From Candidatus Hydrogenedentota bacterium (GTDB lineage Bacteria > Hydrogenedentota > Hydrogenedentia > Hydrogenedentales > SLHB01): a stretch of 64,000 bases of DNA. A program made the translations under genes and the position numbers. Every line of letters begins with the position of its first letter. The first letter of the stretch is position 1. The notes beneath the pieces were generated by a model. The model was not told the origin of the DNA. It searched no databases and saw only the letters and a list, made by a program, of their open reading frames with translations. This document shows positions 8,443-17,721 of this stretch, in pieces. The stretch is from assembly GCA_019695095.1 (NCBI GenBank), contig JAIBAQ010000002.1, positions 40,995-104,994 on the forward strand, in the 5' to 3' direction.

Positions 8443-9285
8443 GTGAGCGACTACACCATTTCGACCGCGTCGCGCGAAGAAGTCGATATCGCGGTGGCCT
8501 TTGCAGCAGGCGAAGGGTGGAACCCGGGTAAGCACGATGCGGACTGTTTCCACGCGGCGGATCTCGAAGGGTTTCTCGTGGGACGCCTCGGAGGAGAGGT
8601 CATTGCTTCCGTCTCTGCCGTGAGGTACGGAAAGGATTTCGGGTTCCTGGGCTTCTATGTCGTGAAAGCGGAGTTCAGGGGGAGAGGATATGGACTGCCC
8701 CTTTTTGAGGCGGCTGTTCGACAATTGGAGAGTGTGAAGTCGGCCGGGCTGGACGGTGTTGTGGCGCAACAGCAGAACTACATGAAGTCAGGTTTTGTCT
8801 TGGCATATCGAAATATTCGTTTTCAAGGCGTCGGTGGGGGAGAAATGCCATCGGGGGTGACTCCTATTGCCGATATCGCCTTCGGGGTTGTGGAGCGATA
8901 TGACTCGGTATGCTTTGGAACCTATCGCACAGCTTTTCTGAGGGCATGGCTGTCTCAACCGGAAGGTATGGGTTACGGAATCCTCGGTTCGGACGGCGAG
9001 CTCATCGGATATGGCGTGCTCAGGCCGTGTCAGACGGGATACAAGATTGGACCGCTATTTGCGGACAGTGCCGACGCCGCAGACTGCCTGTATCGCGCAC
9101 TGGCTTCCAAGGTGCCTGGAGCCGCTGTGTATCTGGACGTGCCGGAAGCGAATGCCGAAGCTGCCGCGCTTGCGAAGCGCCACGGGCTAGCCCAATGCTT
9201 CGAGACTGCAAGGATGTATAAAGGAGAAACGCCCAACGTTCCCGTTGGGCGTGTGTTCGGCGTCACTACATTTGAGTTGGGGTGA
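8443..9285 (+). CDS. GNAT-family N-acetyltransferase (tandem GNAT / YitH-like architecture)
   Basis: Acetyl-CoA site RGRGYG. A second GNAT-like C-terminal half. GTG start preceded by a GGAGGGAGAA ribosome-binding site. Confidence 0.7.
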   Translation: MSDYTISTASREEVDIAVAFAAGEGWNPGKHDADCFHAADLEGFLVGRLGGEVIASVSAVRYGKDFGFLGFYVVKAEFRGRGYGLPLFEAAVRQLESVKSAGLDGVVAQQQNYMKSGFVLAYRNIRFQGVGGGEMPSGVTPIADIAFGVVERYDSVCFGTYRTAFLRAWLSQPEGMGYGILGSDGELIGYGVLRPCQTGYKIGPLFADSADAADCLYRALASKVPGAAVYLDVPEANAEAAALAKRHGLAQCFETARMYKGETPNVPVGRVFGVTTFELG

Positions 9286-9325
9286 AACTGCACACCACAA
9301 CGTGGCATGCCGCCACCGATTCGGA

Positions 9326-10027
9326 CTAGCTGGGTGACTGCTTAGGCGCTTCCGACGCTGAAGGAGCGTCAATACCCTTCAGAAGTTCTTCCTCGGGTAC
9401 TGAGTTGGGGATGTGTTCGCCGCCCTGCAACAATTGGCCGCCCTGCTTTGCGCCTTCTTGACGATCTTGTTTCCTGATGTTTTTCGGAGTCAGGTTCTTG
9501 TCTTTTGTGTTGAACGTAGCATTGGTCAGCTTGTAGTAGAACTTTTCCGGAAAGACGTCCGCCGACCCTTCATTGAGAACCAGCTCTCCGGTGATGAGAA
9601 CGGGCTCCTCCACTAGATTGACCTTATGGCCTTCCGCCATTCGGACGAGCATGACGTCGCGCATCGGAGGCGCTTCGCAGAAATAGCACTGAATCGGCAG
9701 CGGAAGCAGCATGAAGTATTCGGCGTCGCGGAACTGGTCAATCGGAGTCATAAAGCCGATCAGGTTGACTGTTGTGCCGTTCTTGGGCTTCAAATCCTCA
9801 GGAAACTTGGTGTCCTTGCCCAATTTTCCCTTTGTGAGCCGAAGCAACTCCCAGTCGAGGAGATTTCTCCCTTGCTGAATCTGCTTGGCTTCTTCCGCGC
9901 GGCGAATCCGGTCGAACTTCTCTTGCAGAGTTCCCAGGCGCATGTAAATGTTGATGCCCACCACACCGGCGAGGACGACTACGATCCCAAGAAGGGTCCC
10001 CAAATCTCGAATAACTCGGCGTCTCAA
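9326..10027 (-). CDS. DUF3299-like membrane-anchored protein associated with an ABC exporter
   Basis: N-terminal TM anchor. Conserved MLLPLPIQCYFCEAPP-type segment, recalled as typical of DUF3299. Lies downstream of the FtsX-permease and ATPase genes. TTG start with a GGAGG ribosome-binding site. Confidence 0.5.
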   Translation of the reverse strand: MRRRVIRDLGTLLGIVVVLAGVVGINIYMRLGTLQEKFDRIRRAEEAKQIQQGRNLLDWELLRLTKGKLGKDTKFPEDLKPKNGTTVNLIGFMTPIDQFRDAEYFMLLPLPIQCYFCEAPPMRDVMLVRMAEGHKVNLVEEPVLITGELVLNEGSADVFPEKFYYKLTNATFNTKDKNLTPKNIRKQDRQEGAKQGGQLLQGGEHIPNSVPEEELLKGIDAPSASEAPKQSPS

Positions 10028-10072
10028 GGATAGATACCTCCAAGATAAAAAGAATGCACCGTTATCAGTTTA

Positions 10073-11410
10073 TCATAATTCCGCGAGTCCTCGCGTAATA
10101 TCGGTTCGATAAGCTTGCCAAGCCGGAAGAATTCCGGCCAACATGCCCATAAGTAAAACAACCGAATAGGCCGTAATCATGTCAGGGCTGGGACGGAAGG
10201 CCGACACGGCGAATCCGATACGTTCGGTAAGGTACATGCCCAAGCCATAGGTGAGGCCCGTGCCGACTACCCAACCTGCGCCAATCCCCATAAGAGTAAC
10301 CCAAAATGCCTCAATGAGTACAGCCCCGAAGACTTCTCCGGACGATGCGCCCAAGGCGCGCATGATGGCCAGATCTCGCCGCCGCTGGACAATGGCGAGG
10401 TACAGGCCGATCAGGATGGAGATCGACGAGATCACCGCCACCAGATATCCAATAGCCAGAAGGACTTGGCGGGCCGTGCCCAGGAGTTGTTCATAGAGGC
10501 GTTGCACTTCGCGAATCGGGTCGGCGGCAACCACACCGGGGTTCTCCCGCATAATACGCGGGATGAACTGAAGGCGCTGGCCGGGACTGTCCAGGACAAT
10601 CAACACGGCCGTCGTTTCGTGATCGTGATGTTCTTCCCCCACATGCTGGCCTTCCGCGTACTCATCAGCAGGGGGGGCAGCTTCCTCTTCGTGGCCAGCT
10701 TCCGCGCCGTTCAGTCCGGTCGGCGTGGAACCCGTTAACGAGGATGTCCCGTACTCATGCTCGTGGGCATGCCAAATTGAATCCAACTGAGTAAACAGTA
10801 TGCGGTCGTTCGGAGTACCCGAAGGGACCAGTATTCCAACGACTGTGTATGGCGTATCCTTGTGGTGCTCAACGCCTTGAACTTCCATGAGCCCGTGCGT
10901 GCTCGCGAATGTGTCGCCCACTTTGAGTCCAAGTTCTTTGGCCACTGTGCTGCCAATAACGGCTTCGAACGGCTTTTCAAAATAGCGTCCTTCGGCGAGT
11001 TTATACGTGTTGCGCTCCTCTCCCGTGATCCGGTTCGTCCAGTCGAACTCCATCAACTCCCTGTTTGTGCCGACGATACGAAATCCTCTATAGGAGTCCC
11101 CCATTCCGATGGGAAATGCCGCGACGACTTCCTCGTCTTTCTTCACTTTCTCGTAGATGCTGTACGGGATATTGCCGGCGGGCTGGCCGATGAAATACAC
11201 CGAGCTCAGCACCAGTTGCTGTGTGCTGCCTACCGCGCCAATGGCCACGTCGAAAGCCTGGCCTTCCTCAACGAACCGGCGCTCTGTCTCGTCGCGCATG
11301 AGGAGTACGGACGTAATCAATCCTACGCCCAGAGCAACGGAGAGAATGGTCAGAAATGTGGTGAGTTTGCGGCTCCAAAGGTAATTCCAGGCGATGTGCC
11401 ACACGGTCAT
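10073..11410 (-). CDS. ABC transporter permease, FtsX-like (MacB/LolC-E type)
   Basis: TM1, a large periplasmic domain, then three C-terminal TM helices with the FtsX signature (RRRDLAIMRALGAS). Its start overlaps the stop of the upstream ATPase gene by 4 nt. Confidence 0.85.
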   Translation of the reverse strand: MTVWHIAWNYLWSRKLTTFLTILSVALGVGLITSVLLMRDETERRFVEEGQAFDVAIGAVGSTQQLVLSSVYFIGQPAGNIPYSIYEKVKKDEEVVAAFPIGMGDSYRGFRIVGTNRELMEFDWTNRITGEERNTYKLAEGRYFEKPFEAVIGSTVAKELGLKVGDTFASTHGLMEVQGVEHHKDTPYTVVGILVPSGTPNDRILFTQLDSIWHAHEHEYGTSSLTGSTPTGLNGAEAGHEEEAAPPADEYAEGQHVGEEHHDHETTAVLIVLDSPGQRLQFIPRIMRENPGVVAADPIREVQRLYEQLLGTARQVLLAIGYLVAVISSISILIGLYLAIVQRRRDLAIMRALGASSGEVFGAVLIEAFWVTLMGIGAGWVVGTGLTYGLGMYLTERIGFAVSAFRPSPDMITAYSVVLLMGMLAGILPAWQAYRTDITRGLAEL

Positions 11411-12069
11411 GATTCGACCTCCTTCACCAAGCCGGTGCAGTCGAACCGTTCAGGTAGACGGCTGGCAATTCCCTCGTCGTGAGTGACGAGAAGCAGGGTC
11501 AGCTTCTCTTCTGTGCACAGCTCCAACAGAAGGTCCATGATCGATTTTGCAGTCTTGGGATCGAGACTGCCTGTTGGTTCGTCAGCGACAACGAGCCGTT
11601 GCTTGTTGGCCAATGCCCGCGCGATGGCCACCCGTTGGCGCTCCCCGACGCTCATCGTCGCCGGACGGCTGTTCAAGCGGTTGCCCAAGCCGACGCGTTG
11701 GAGCAGTTCCTTGGCGTGCTTTCGCCATTCCGCCGAAGGGCGCGTGTCGCTGAAGCGCATCCCCAACATGACGTTCTGAAGTGCTGTGAAGGGTCCGAGG
11801 AGGTTGAAGGTCTGAAAGACGAACCCAAGTCGTTCGCCGCGGAACCGATCAAGCTTGCCTTCACTCAATGCGCTTATCTCGACGCCGTCTACTGTGACTT
11901 GTCCGGAATCGGGACGCAACAGCCCGCTGATTAGGTTGAGCATGGTGCTCTTACCACACCCGCTCGGCCCCCAAAGCGCCACCCGAGAACCTTCCGGCGC
12001 GTGAAATGACTCGCAAAAGAACTCTACGCCCGGACCCAATTTCCTCCGGACGTTCATCATTTTTACCAT
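11407..12069 (-). CDS. ABC transporter ATP-binding protein (LolD/MacB-type)
   Basis: Walker A GPSGCGKST, ABC signature MSVGERQRV, Walker B LVVADEPT, and an H-loop. Confidence 0.9.
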   Translation of the reverse strand: MVKMMNVRRKLGPGVEFFCESFHAPEGSRVALWGPSGCGKSTMLNLISGLLRPDSGQVTVDGVEISALSEGKLDRFRGERLGFVFQTFNLLGPFTALQNVMLGMRFSDTRPSAEWRKHAKELLQRVGLGNRLNSRPATMSVGERQRVAIARALANKQRLVVADEPTGSLDPKTAKSIMDLLLELCTEEKLTLLLVTHDEGIASRLPERFDCTGLVKEVES

Positions 12070-12217
12070 GGCCTATACTCCACCGTGCGGAACCAGCCTC
12101 AAAGCGTATGACCTTTGCGGGCGCGGTGTCAATGCGGTCCTCACTTGGAGGAAGAAGTGCGAGGGGGGAACCGGCAATCCGGACGATCCGAATCGCAATT
12201 ACTCAAGCTTTGTCTGA

Positions 12218-13417
12218 TCAGTGGACTCCGTCGCTGACTGCTGCCAACAAGGATTGCCAGGTCTCAAAATTCATGCCTCCGGTATTGAGGCCAAGACGCA
12301 CGACGACCGTGTTGGTATCGGGGTTCACGTAGACGTATTGACCTAAATGGCCGGCCATCATGAAGTGAGTTCGGTCGCGAAACGGTCTCCACCACTGGAA
12401 TTGGTATTCCCATGACGCTCCGTCAGACTCATCGATGCTCCGGGCGTGCTGAACCCAGTCGGCGCTCACAATACGTTGACCTTCCCATTCCCCGTCCATC
12501 AGGTAGAGCATGCCGAGTTTGGCGAAGTCGCGAGCGGTGGCAGCCAAACCGCACCACGTCTTTTCCACATCCCCATCGGTAATCCAGAGCGCGTCATGTT
12601 CCATGTGCACCGGTTTCCACACCCGGCGTTCAAGGTATGCCGAAATGTTCTCCGTCTTTAATGCGCGGCGGAGGACGGCCGCGAGGAGAATGTTGTCGCC
12701 ACTTTTGTAGATGAAACGCGTTCCTGGAGTCTCCGCAAGACGGAAATGCGAAACGCTATCCTGAATGCACGATTCGCAATAGTACAACCTGGAATGCAGT
12801 CCGAACGGGTTGTCGGCCTCCACGTAGTCAAGACCGCTGGTCATTTGTAGCAGATGTTTCAGAGTAACTTGCTCGAATCCGCGGCCGGCAAGTTCTGGGA
12901 CGTATTTGGTAACAGGGTCGTCGATAGAACCAATCAGTCCATCGTCGATAGCGCAACCGACTAAGATCGACACTACCGACTTCGACATGGAGAAGGCTAA
13001 CGAGATGGAGTCGCGAGAGTGCCCGGCAAAGTAGCGCTCAAGCACGATTTGCCCGTTGTGTACAACCAGGAACGCCAGGGAATTCGATCGTTCGAGCACA
13101 TCATCAAGGTCAGCGTCTTTCTTGTCTCCAAAAGACACGCGAGCGGGAACAGTGGCAACTTGGCTAGAAGTCGCGAATTGGAATGGCGCAGGGCCGCACT
13201 TGATGGTCTTGCTATTGAAGATGCGGTAGTCACGTACACCCGAAGGTCCGTGTCGGAACATTTGCGAGTATGTGGTGCAACTTACTGCAGAAAATGCCAC
13301 GAGTGCACCTGCAAGCAGACAGAACAAATCGCCGCGAATAGCGCGTACGTGAGGTTCCTCGGCCGTCTGGTTGGAGGGTGCTGCTCTCTCGGTCGAATCA
13401 TCTTCGGCAGAAGTCAT
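12218..13417 (-). CDS. Serine hydrolase of the beta-lactamase/transpeptidase-like superfamily
   Basis: SxxK active-site motif SMSKS inside a beta-lactamase fold, plus one N-terminal TM helix. Start set at the MTSAEDD Met; the upstream extension to 13558 does not look like coding sequence. Confidence 0.7.
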   Translation of the reverse strand: MTSAEDDSTERAAPSNQTAEEPHVRAIRGDLFCLLAGALVAFSAVSCTTYSQMFRHGPSGVRDYRIFNSKTIKCGPAPFQFATSSQVATVPARVSFGDKKDADLDDVLERSNSLAFLVVHNGQIVLERYFAGHSRDSISLAFSMSKSVVSILVGCAIDDGLIGSIDDPVTKYVPELAGRGFEQVTLKHLLQMTSGLDYVEADNPFGLHSRLYYCESCIQDSVSHFRLAETPGTRFIYKSGDNILLAAVLRRALKTENISAYLERRVWKPVHMEHDALWITDGDVEKTWCGLAATARDFAKLGMLYLMDGEWEGQRIVSADWVQHARSIDESDGASWEYQFQWWRPFRDRTHFMMAGHLGQYVYVNPDTNTVVVRLGLNTGGMNFETWQSLLAAVSDGVH

Positions 13418-13657
13418 TTGAAGACAGCCCCTTATGGAGTCGTGATATAAGCAGCCCGCCGTCGCTGAAGCCACGCATACGTATTCAATGGTAGCGTAAC
13501 GGAGACTAGCGCTCAACACGCTCGCCAGGGTGAAATCAGCCAGTAAAGGTGCCCTCATACACCCTGGGCGACAAGCGGTTTGAAGTTGGAGGGGGTTGTC
13601 TGCTAATCTATTTCCTCTTGAATCCCAGATTTCTATGCCATATGGAGATATTCTGAC

Positions 13658-13924
13658 ATGCCGAATACGAAGACGGCCAAAGCCCGCGACATCACAAATG
13701 AGCGCAACCGCGAGAAGAACGTTGCGGTGAAGTCGCGCATGAAGACGTTCGTCAAAGATGCGATGACTGCTATCGACGCTAAGGACAAGGATCGCGTTAG
13801 CAAGACGTTACCGGTCGCGTTGACGGAAATCGACAAAGCGGTTACGAAGGGCGTAATTCACGCGAACTCGGGTGCGCGCAAGAAGTCGACGCTTCAGCGC
13901 CGGGCCGCCGCGCTCAACAAGTAG
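13658..13924 (+). CDS. rpsT: 30S ribosomal protein S20
   Basis: An 88-aa, highly basic protein (MPNTKTAKARDITNERNREKN...KSRMKTFVK...) with the rpsT signature. Confidence 0.95.
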   Translation: MPNTKTAKARDITNERNREKNVAVKSRMKTFVKDAMTAIDAKDKDRVSKTLPVALTEIDKAVTKGVIHANSGARKKSTLQRRAAALNK

Positions 13925-13946
13925 TCCACAATCCGATCCAATAATC

Positions 13947-13982
13947 AGGCCCTCGCACCGGACTGGCGCGAGGGCCTTTCGT
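13947..13982. terminator. Bidirectional rho-independent terminator between rpsT and the convergent TlpA-like gene
   Basis: Perfect 10-bp stem aggccctcgc / gcgagggcct with a GC-rich loop, followed by TTTCGTGTG. Confidence 0.7.
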
Positions 13983-14003
13983 GTGACTTCCGATTGGGGG
14001 CAC

Positions 14004-15326
14004 CTACGCTTTGGGGGCGCCTTCCTTGGGCGCGGCGCCTTCGCCTTCTGTTGGGGCTTCAACGAGATTCTTGCCTGACAGAAGCGTATCCAGTTCTTTG
14101 CGCAGAGTCTGCTCAAGGTTGGGTATCAGTCCAACGTGCACCGACTGCACGCTGCCGTCTTTGCCGATGATAACCGTCTGCGGGATGCCGCTGACTCCAA
14201 ACAAATCGCCGACCGAGCCATCCTTGTCGAGAGCCACGGGACAGGCAAGCTCGGACTCGGTGAGGAAAGTCTTAATCGTGTCGGCATCTTCTCGCTGGTT
14301 CATCGCATAGAAGACTACTCCCTTGTCCTTGTATTCGTCGGTCACCTTGATAATCGTGGGCAGAGCTTTTTTGCACGGCCCGCACCACGTGGCCCAGAAG
14401 TCGAGGACGACCACCTTCTTGTCTTTGTGCGGCGCCAACTCGGCCTTTCCTCCGTCGATGAGATCCAAGGAGAACGCGGGGGCGGGTTTCCCGAGCAGCG
14501 GGCTTTCTTCTTGTTCTTCACGGCCCAGCATTGCCATGAGCGAATCGGCTTTTGCCGCGCCTTCGGGAGGTGTGAACGAGAACTTTTCGGCGGGGATGGG
14601 TTCGTTGACAGTCCAATTGGCGTATCGCACGTTGACACTCATCTTCATGTCTTTAACGGGCATGCGATCGCCGGCGGTTGCGAGGGCTTTCGCCATATCG
14701 GGCACGATCTTGATTAGAAGGGGTTTATCGCCCGTTTGCACATACATATCGATATCAATCTCTTCCTGGATCAACTTGATGTGGCTGCATTTGACCCCCT
14801 CGACGTCCTCTACCCCAACCAGAGTTGCCTCGTTGACCCCTTCCAGTATTGCGGCCGAGGGATCGTCCGACACGAGAGAGGCGGAGAGGATGGAGAACTG
14901 CCCCGAAAACATCGCGGCCTCCCCTGCGACTGCGTCGAATGCCGTTTCTGGCGCGTCTTCTTGGGTGTATTTCTTGAACATTGGCAGATACGTGTAGAGC
15001 GTCTTGCCGTCCGACACGATCGTGGCACCCATCATACCTTCTTTCAGGATGCGCGAGACCTTATTCGGGCGCTCGATGGCGACGGCGTAGTCGGAGTTCA
15101 TGGTTTGCTTCATGCCTTGAGCTTCCATCACCATTTCTGTCGTCTCATCCACGGTGAATGACTTCAGGCCTTTGTAGTATTCGCCCAAGGCATCGATTAC
15201 TTTCTTGGCTTCCGGGGCAATCTTCGAGCCTTGTTCCGCATTCTGAGCCAATGAGGCCGGACTGACAAACGCAAGGAGCGCGGCGATCACGAGCGGAACT
15301 GCGAAGCGAGCCTTCTGAATGGACAT
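14004..15326 (-). CDS. Secreted thiol:disulfide oxidoreductase, TlpA/ResA-like thioredoxin domain with N-terminal LolA-like/unknown domain
   Basis: Signal peptide. C-terminal thioredoxin fold with a WATWCGPCK active site and the VxxxGxPxTxxIxxDG motif. Confidence 0.75.
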   Translation of the reverse strand: MSIQKARFAVPLVIAALLAFVSPASLAQNAEQGSKIAPEAKKVIDALGEYYKGLKSFTVDETTEMVMEAQGMKQTMNSDYAVAIERPNKVSRILKEGMMGATIVSDGKTLYTYLPMFKKYTQEDAPETAFDAVAGEAAMFSGQFSILSASLVSDDPSAAILEGVNEATLVGVEDVEGVKCSHIKLIQEEIDIDMYVQTGDKPLLIKIVPDMAKALATAGDRMPVKDMKMSVNVRYANWTVNEPIPAEKFSFTPPEGAAKADSLMAMLGREEQEESPLLGKPAPAFSLDLIDGGKAELAPHKDKKVVVLDFWATWCGPCKKALPTIIKVTDEYKDKGVVFYAMNQREDADTIKTFLTESELACPVALDKDGSVGDLFGVSGIPQTVIIGKDGSVQSVHVGLIPNLEQTLRKELDTLLSGKNLVEAPTEGEGAAPKEGAPKA

Positions 15327-15381
15327 AAAGGGCGTTCTCCTACATCTTGTTGAGGTTGGCGCGGTCCCAAGAGCGTCATCA

Positions 15382-15427
15382 TAGTCCGCAATTCACACTG
15401 GCGCAACTGAGCACCGGCGTAATTTGC
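15382..15427. repeat. Solo, degenerate terminal-hairpin fragment of the MITE-like repeat
   Basis: tagtccgcaattcacactggcgcaactgagcaccggcgtaatttgc retains the TAGTCCGCAAT terminus and imperfect hairpin arms; the rest of the element is missing. Intergenic between the TlpA-like gene and pdaD. Confidence 0.6.
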
Positions 15428-15549
15428 TCTCGGGATAAGGCCCTGCAAATCCGGCATTTGCGATTGGTGAAGCCAGGCCGGAAAAAGAATAAGGCCTCAA
15501 CCTTTGCCCGATAGGGCACAGAATTGAGGCCTGGAATTCAGTCGTTGTG

Positions 15550-16152
15550 CTACACAACGAAAACGACAGCCGTGAGGACTGTTGTCCAAAGGCCATCCTT
15601 GTTCCCTTCAGCGGATTGGCAAATATTGCGCGTTTTGAAGATGTGACCGCTCGCTTTATAGATCTGTTTGCGTTCGTCCCAGGCAAGGTCCGGGTCAAAC
15701 TCGATACCGAGGGTAGTAGCCAGCATGGTCGCGGCGAGGTCTTCGGCGTAGTCGCCCGCGATGCTGCTCTTCTGGCCGTACGCGTGGTGCTCGCTGATGT
15801 ATCCGTATTGGTCTTCCTTTTGCGGTACGGCAAGTCCAACCGCGCTGGCAACCAACCGATTAGGTTCGCAAGTGTCGCAGCGGGACATCACGCAGAACAC
15901 GATCTGGCCGGGGGAAAGGTACTTGAGACCTTCTTTTTTCGTGACGATCTTGCAGTTTGGCGGAAAGATACTGGAGACGTATACAAGGTTGAATTTTTCG
16001 ATACCCGCATCGCGCAGGGCACTTTCAAACGAAGCCAGCTTCTCTTTGTGGATGCCCACGCCGCGGACGAAGAACGCACGTTTTGGGATCAAATCCTTGG
16101 CCATGCATTGACCGGAATCGGCCGAAAGTTGACGTGCCAGGGATTTGTCCAT
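15550..16152 (-). CDS. pdaD: Pyruvoyl-dependent arginine decarboxylase
   Basis: Conserved [10 protein letters not shown]...[11 protein letters not shown] region holding the serine precursor of the pyruvoyl group. Start moved to the Met preceded by a GGGAGGA ribosome-binding site. Confidence 0.75.
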   Translation of the reverse strand: MDKSLARQLSADSGQCMAKDLIPKRAFFVRGVGIHKEKLASFESALRDAGIEKFNLVYVSSIFPPNCKIVTKKEGLKYLSPGQIVFCVMSRCDTCEPNRLVASAVGLAVPQKEDQYGYISEHHAYGQKSSIAGDYAEDLAATMLATTLGIEFDPDLAWDERKQIYKASGHIFKTRNICQSAEGNKDGLWTTVLTAVVFVV

Positions 16153-16287
16153 CTCAATTCCTCCCGCATAGTGCATAGAGCTGTGATCAGAAATGACGAA
16201 AAACGTGAAATACGCCCAGAGCGCAATTGCGTAGTATAATCGGCGCTGGCGCTTGATGCAAATAGGGGCTCATCGCGGAGGCTTTTC

Positions 16288-17679
16288 ATGCACCTTGCTC
16301 TGAACTCTACCCCATTCAAAGGCACCCCCGAAGCTGTCACCGAGACTGGCACGTACTGTCCTGTCAGTTTTTGGCAGGAAACCATCAGCGTGACTCCACG
16401 GCCTTCCCTGCAAACCGACATCAATTGCGACGTCGCTATCGTCGGAGGGGGATTCACGGGCTTGGCGGTCGCGTGCGAACTCAAGAAGTCGGCTCCAATG
16501 CTGCGTGTGGCACTTCTGGAACGCTCGGTTGCGGGTCACGGTGCGAGCGGACGCAACGGCGGTTTTGCGATGCCGCTTATTGGTTGGGACCTCACCGACG
16601 CGGTTAGGCAGCTTGGAGAGCAGAAGGCGGCCGAAGCATACCGGCTGATGTACGAGGCGGTAAACCACTTCAAGAAGACGATACGACGGCACAATATCGC
16701 GTGCGACCTCGAAGAGACCGGATATTTGCTGTTGGCCACGTGTCCCGCTCGTTTGAAGCGTGTGAAGCACGAGGCTGATCTGGGCAAGCGACTTGGCTTC
16801 GATATCGAGTATTTGGAGGGCGCTGCGCTTCGCGCGCACATTGGGAGTAAGGCATTCATCGGTGGCGCATACGACCCGCACCCCGCGATTGTGAACCCGG
16901 CGAAGCTTGCGCGCGGACTGCTGGATGTCGCAGTCAATCTGGGTGTGCAGGTCTTTGAACAGACCCCACTGGTGGAATTGAATGACGGGGACCCTATCAC
17001 GTTGCGGACGCCCGCCGGGAGCATCAAGTCCAAGCAGGTTGTCCTGGCCTTGAACGGCTACGGTGGCGCGCTGGGATTCATGGAGTCGCGCATACAACCC
17101 GTTCACACCTATATCGTGCTTACGGAACCGTTAACGGAAAAAGACCTTGACGCAATTGGCTGGGCCGAGAAGCGCACAAGCCTGGAGACGGCGCGCAATT
17201 TCATCCATTACTTCCGGTTGACAGCGGACAATCGGATTCTGTTCGGTGGAGAAGACGCATCGCTGTTTTACAAGGGCGCTTACTATGATGTTCATTCACC
17301 AAGTTTTGCGCGGCTTGAGGCGCGGTTTCGAGCGTATTTCCCCGAACTGAATCACGTGAAGATTACACACCGTTGGGGTGGTGTGCTGGGCGTCACTCTC
17401 GACATGTTTCCGACCTTTGGCGTGGGAGGCGAGAAACACACCATCTACCATGCATGTGGATACTCCGGACACGGCGTCGCCCTCAGCAACTACGCAGGCG
17501 TCATCCTTGCGCCGCATATTCTGAATCGCGCCGGATTGGCAGACCCAGGCGCCGGAGTCGATAAGCCGTTCTTCTGGAATCGCCGCCCCATGGCCGTTCC
17601 AGGCGAACCGATCCGCTATCTCGGATTGCAGGCCTATCGAATGGCGCTACACACTCAGGATTGGTGGGAAGGGGCGTAA
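16288..17679 (+). CDS. FAD-dependent oxidoreductase (DadA/amino-oxidase-like family)
   Basis: N-terminal dinucleotide-binding motif DVAIVGGGFTGLAVA. Length ~460 aa and a C-terminal GYSGHGV motif typical of DAO-family flavoproteins. Confidence 0.8.
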   Translation: MHLALNSTPFKGTPEAVTETGTYCPVSFWQETISVTPRPSLQTDINCDVAIVGGGFTGLAVACELKKSAPMLRVALLERSVAGHGASGRNGGFAMPLIGWDLTDAVRQLGEQKAAEAYRLMYEAVNHFKKTIRRHNIACDLEETGYLLLATCPARLKRVKHEADLGKRLGFDIEYLEGAALRAHIGSKAFIGGAYDPHPAIVNPAKLARGLLDVAVNLGVQVFEQTPLVELNDGDPITLRTPAGSIKSKQVVLALNGYGGALGFMESRIQPVHTYIVLTEPLTEKDLDAIGWAEKRTSLETARNFIHYFRLTADNRILFGGEDASLFYKGAYYDVHSPSFARLEARFRAYFPELNHVKITHRWGGVLGVTLDMFPTFGVGGEKHTIYHACGYSGHGVALSNYAGVILAPHILNRAGLADPGAGVDKPFFWNRRPMAVPGEPIRYLGLQAYRMALHTQDWWEGA

Positions 17680-17721
17680 GCCGCACTTCGTTCAGTATCA
17701 ATCCACACAGCCCAATGGCGG

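Noticed and set aside
13418-13558. Upstream extension of the beta-lactamase-family gene to the ATG at 13558
   Set aside because: The extra 47 codons (MRAPLLADFTLASVLSASLRYATIEYVCV…) have no signal-peptide or domain character. The internal Met at 13417 is followed by a TM anchor and preceded by an AAGGGG ribosome-binding site.
16270-17106. 278-aa minus-strand ORF and other long antisense ORFs (for example 16536..17033, 18095..18682, 22191..22745, 23967..24641, 33222..33842, 40725..41492)
   Set aside because: All are embedded antisense in confidently called genes with strong family signatures. Their translations are low-complexity (R/A/G/P-rich), as expected for shadow ORFs in >60% GC DNA.
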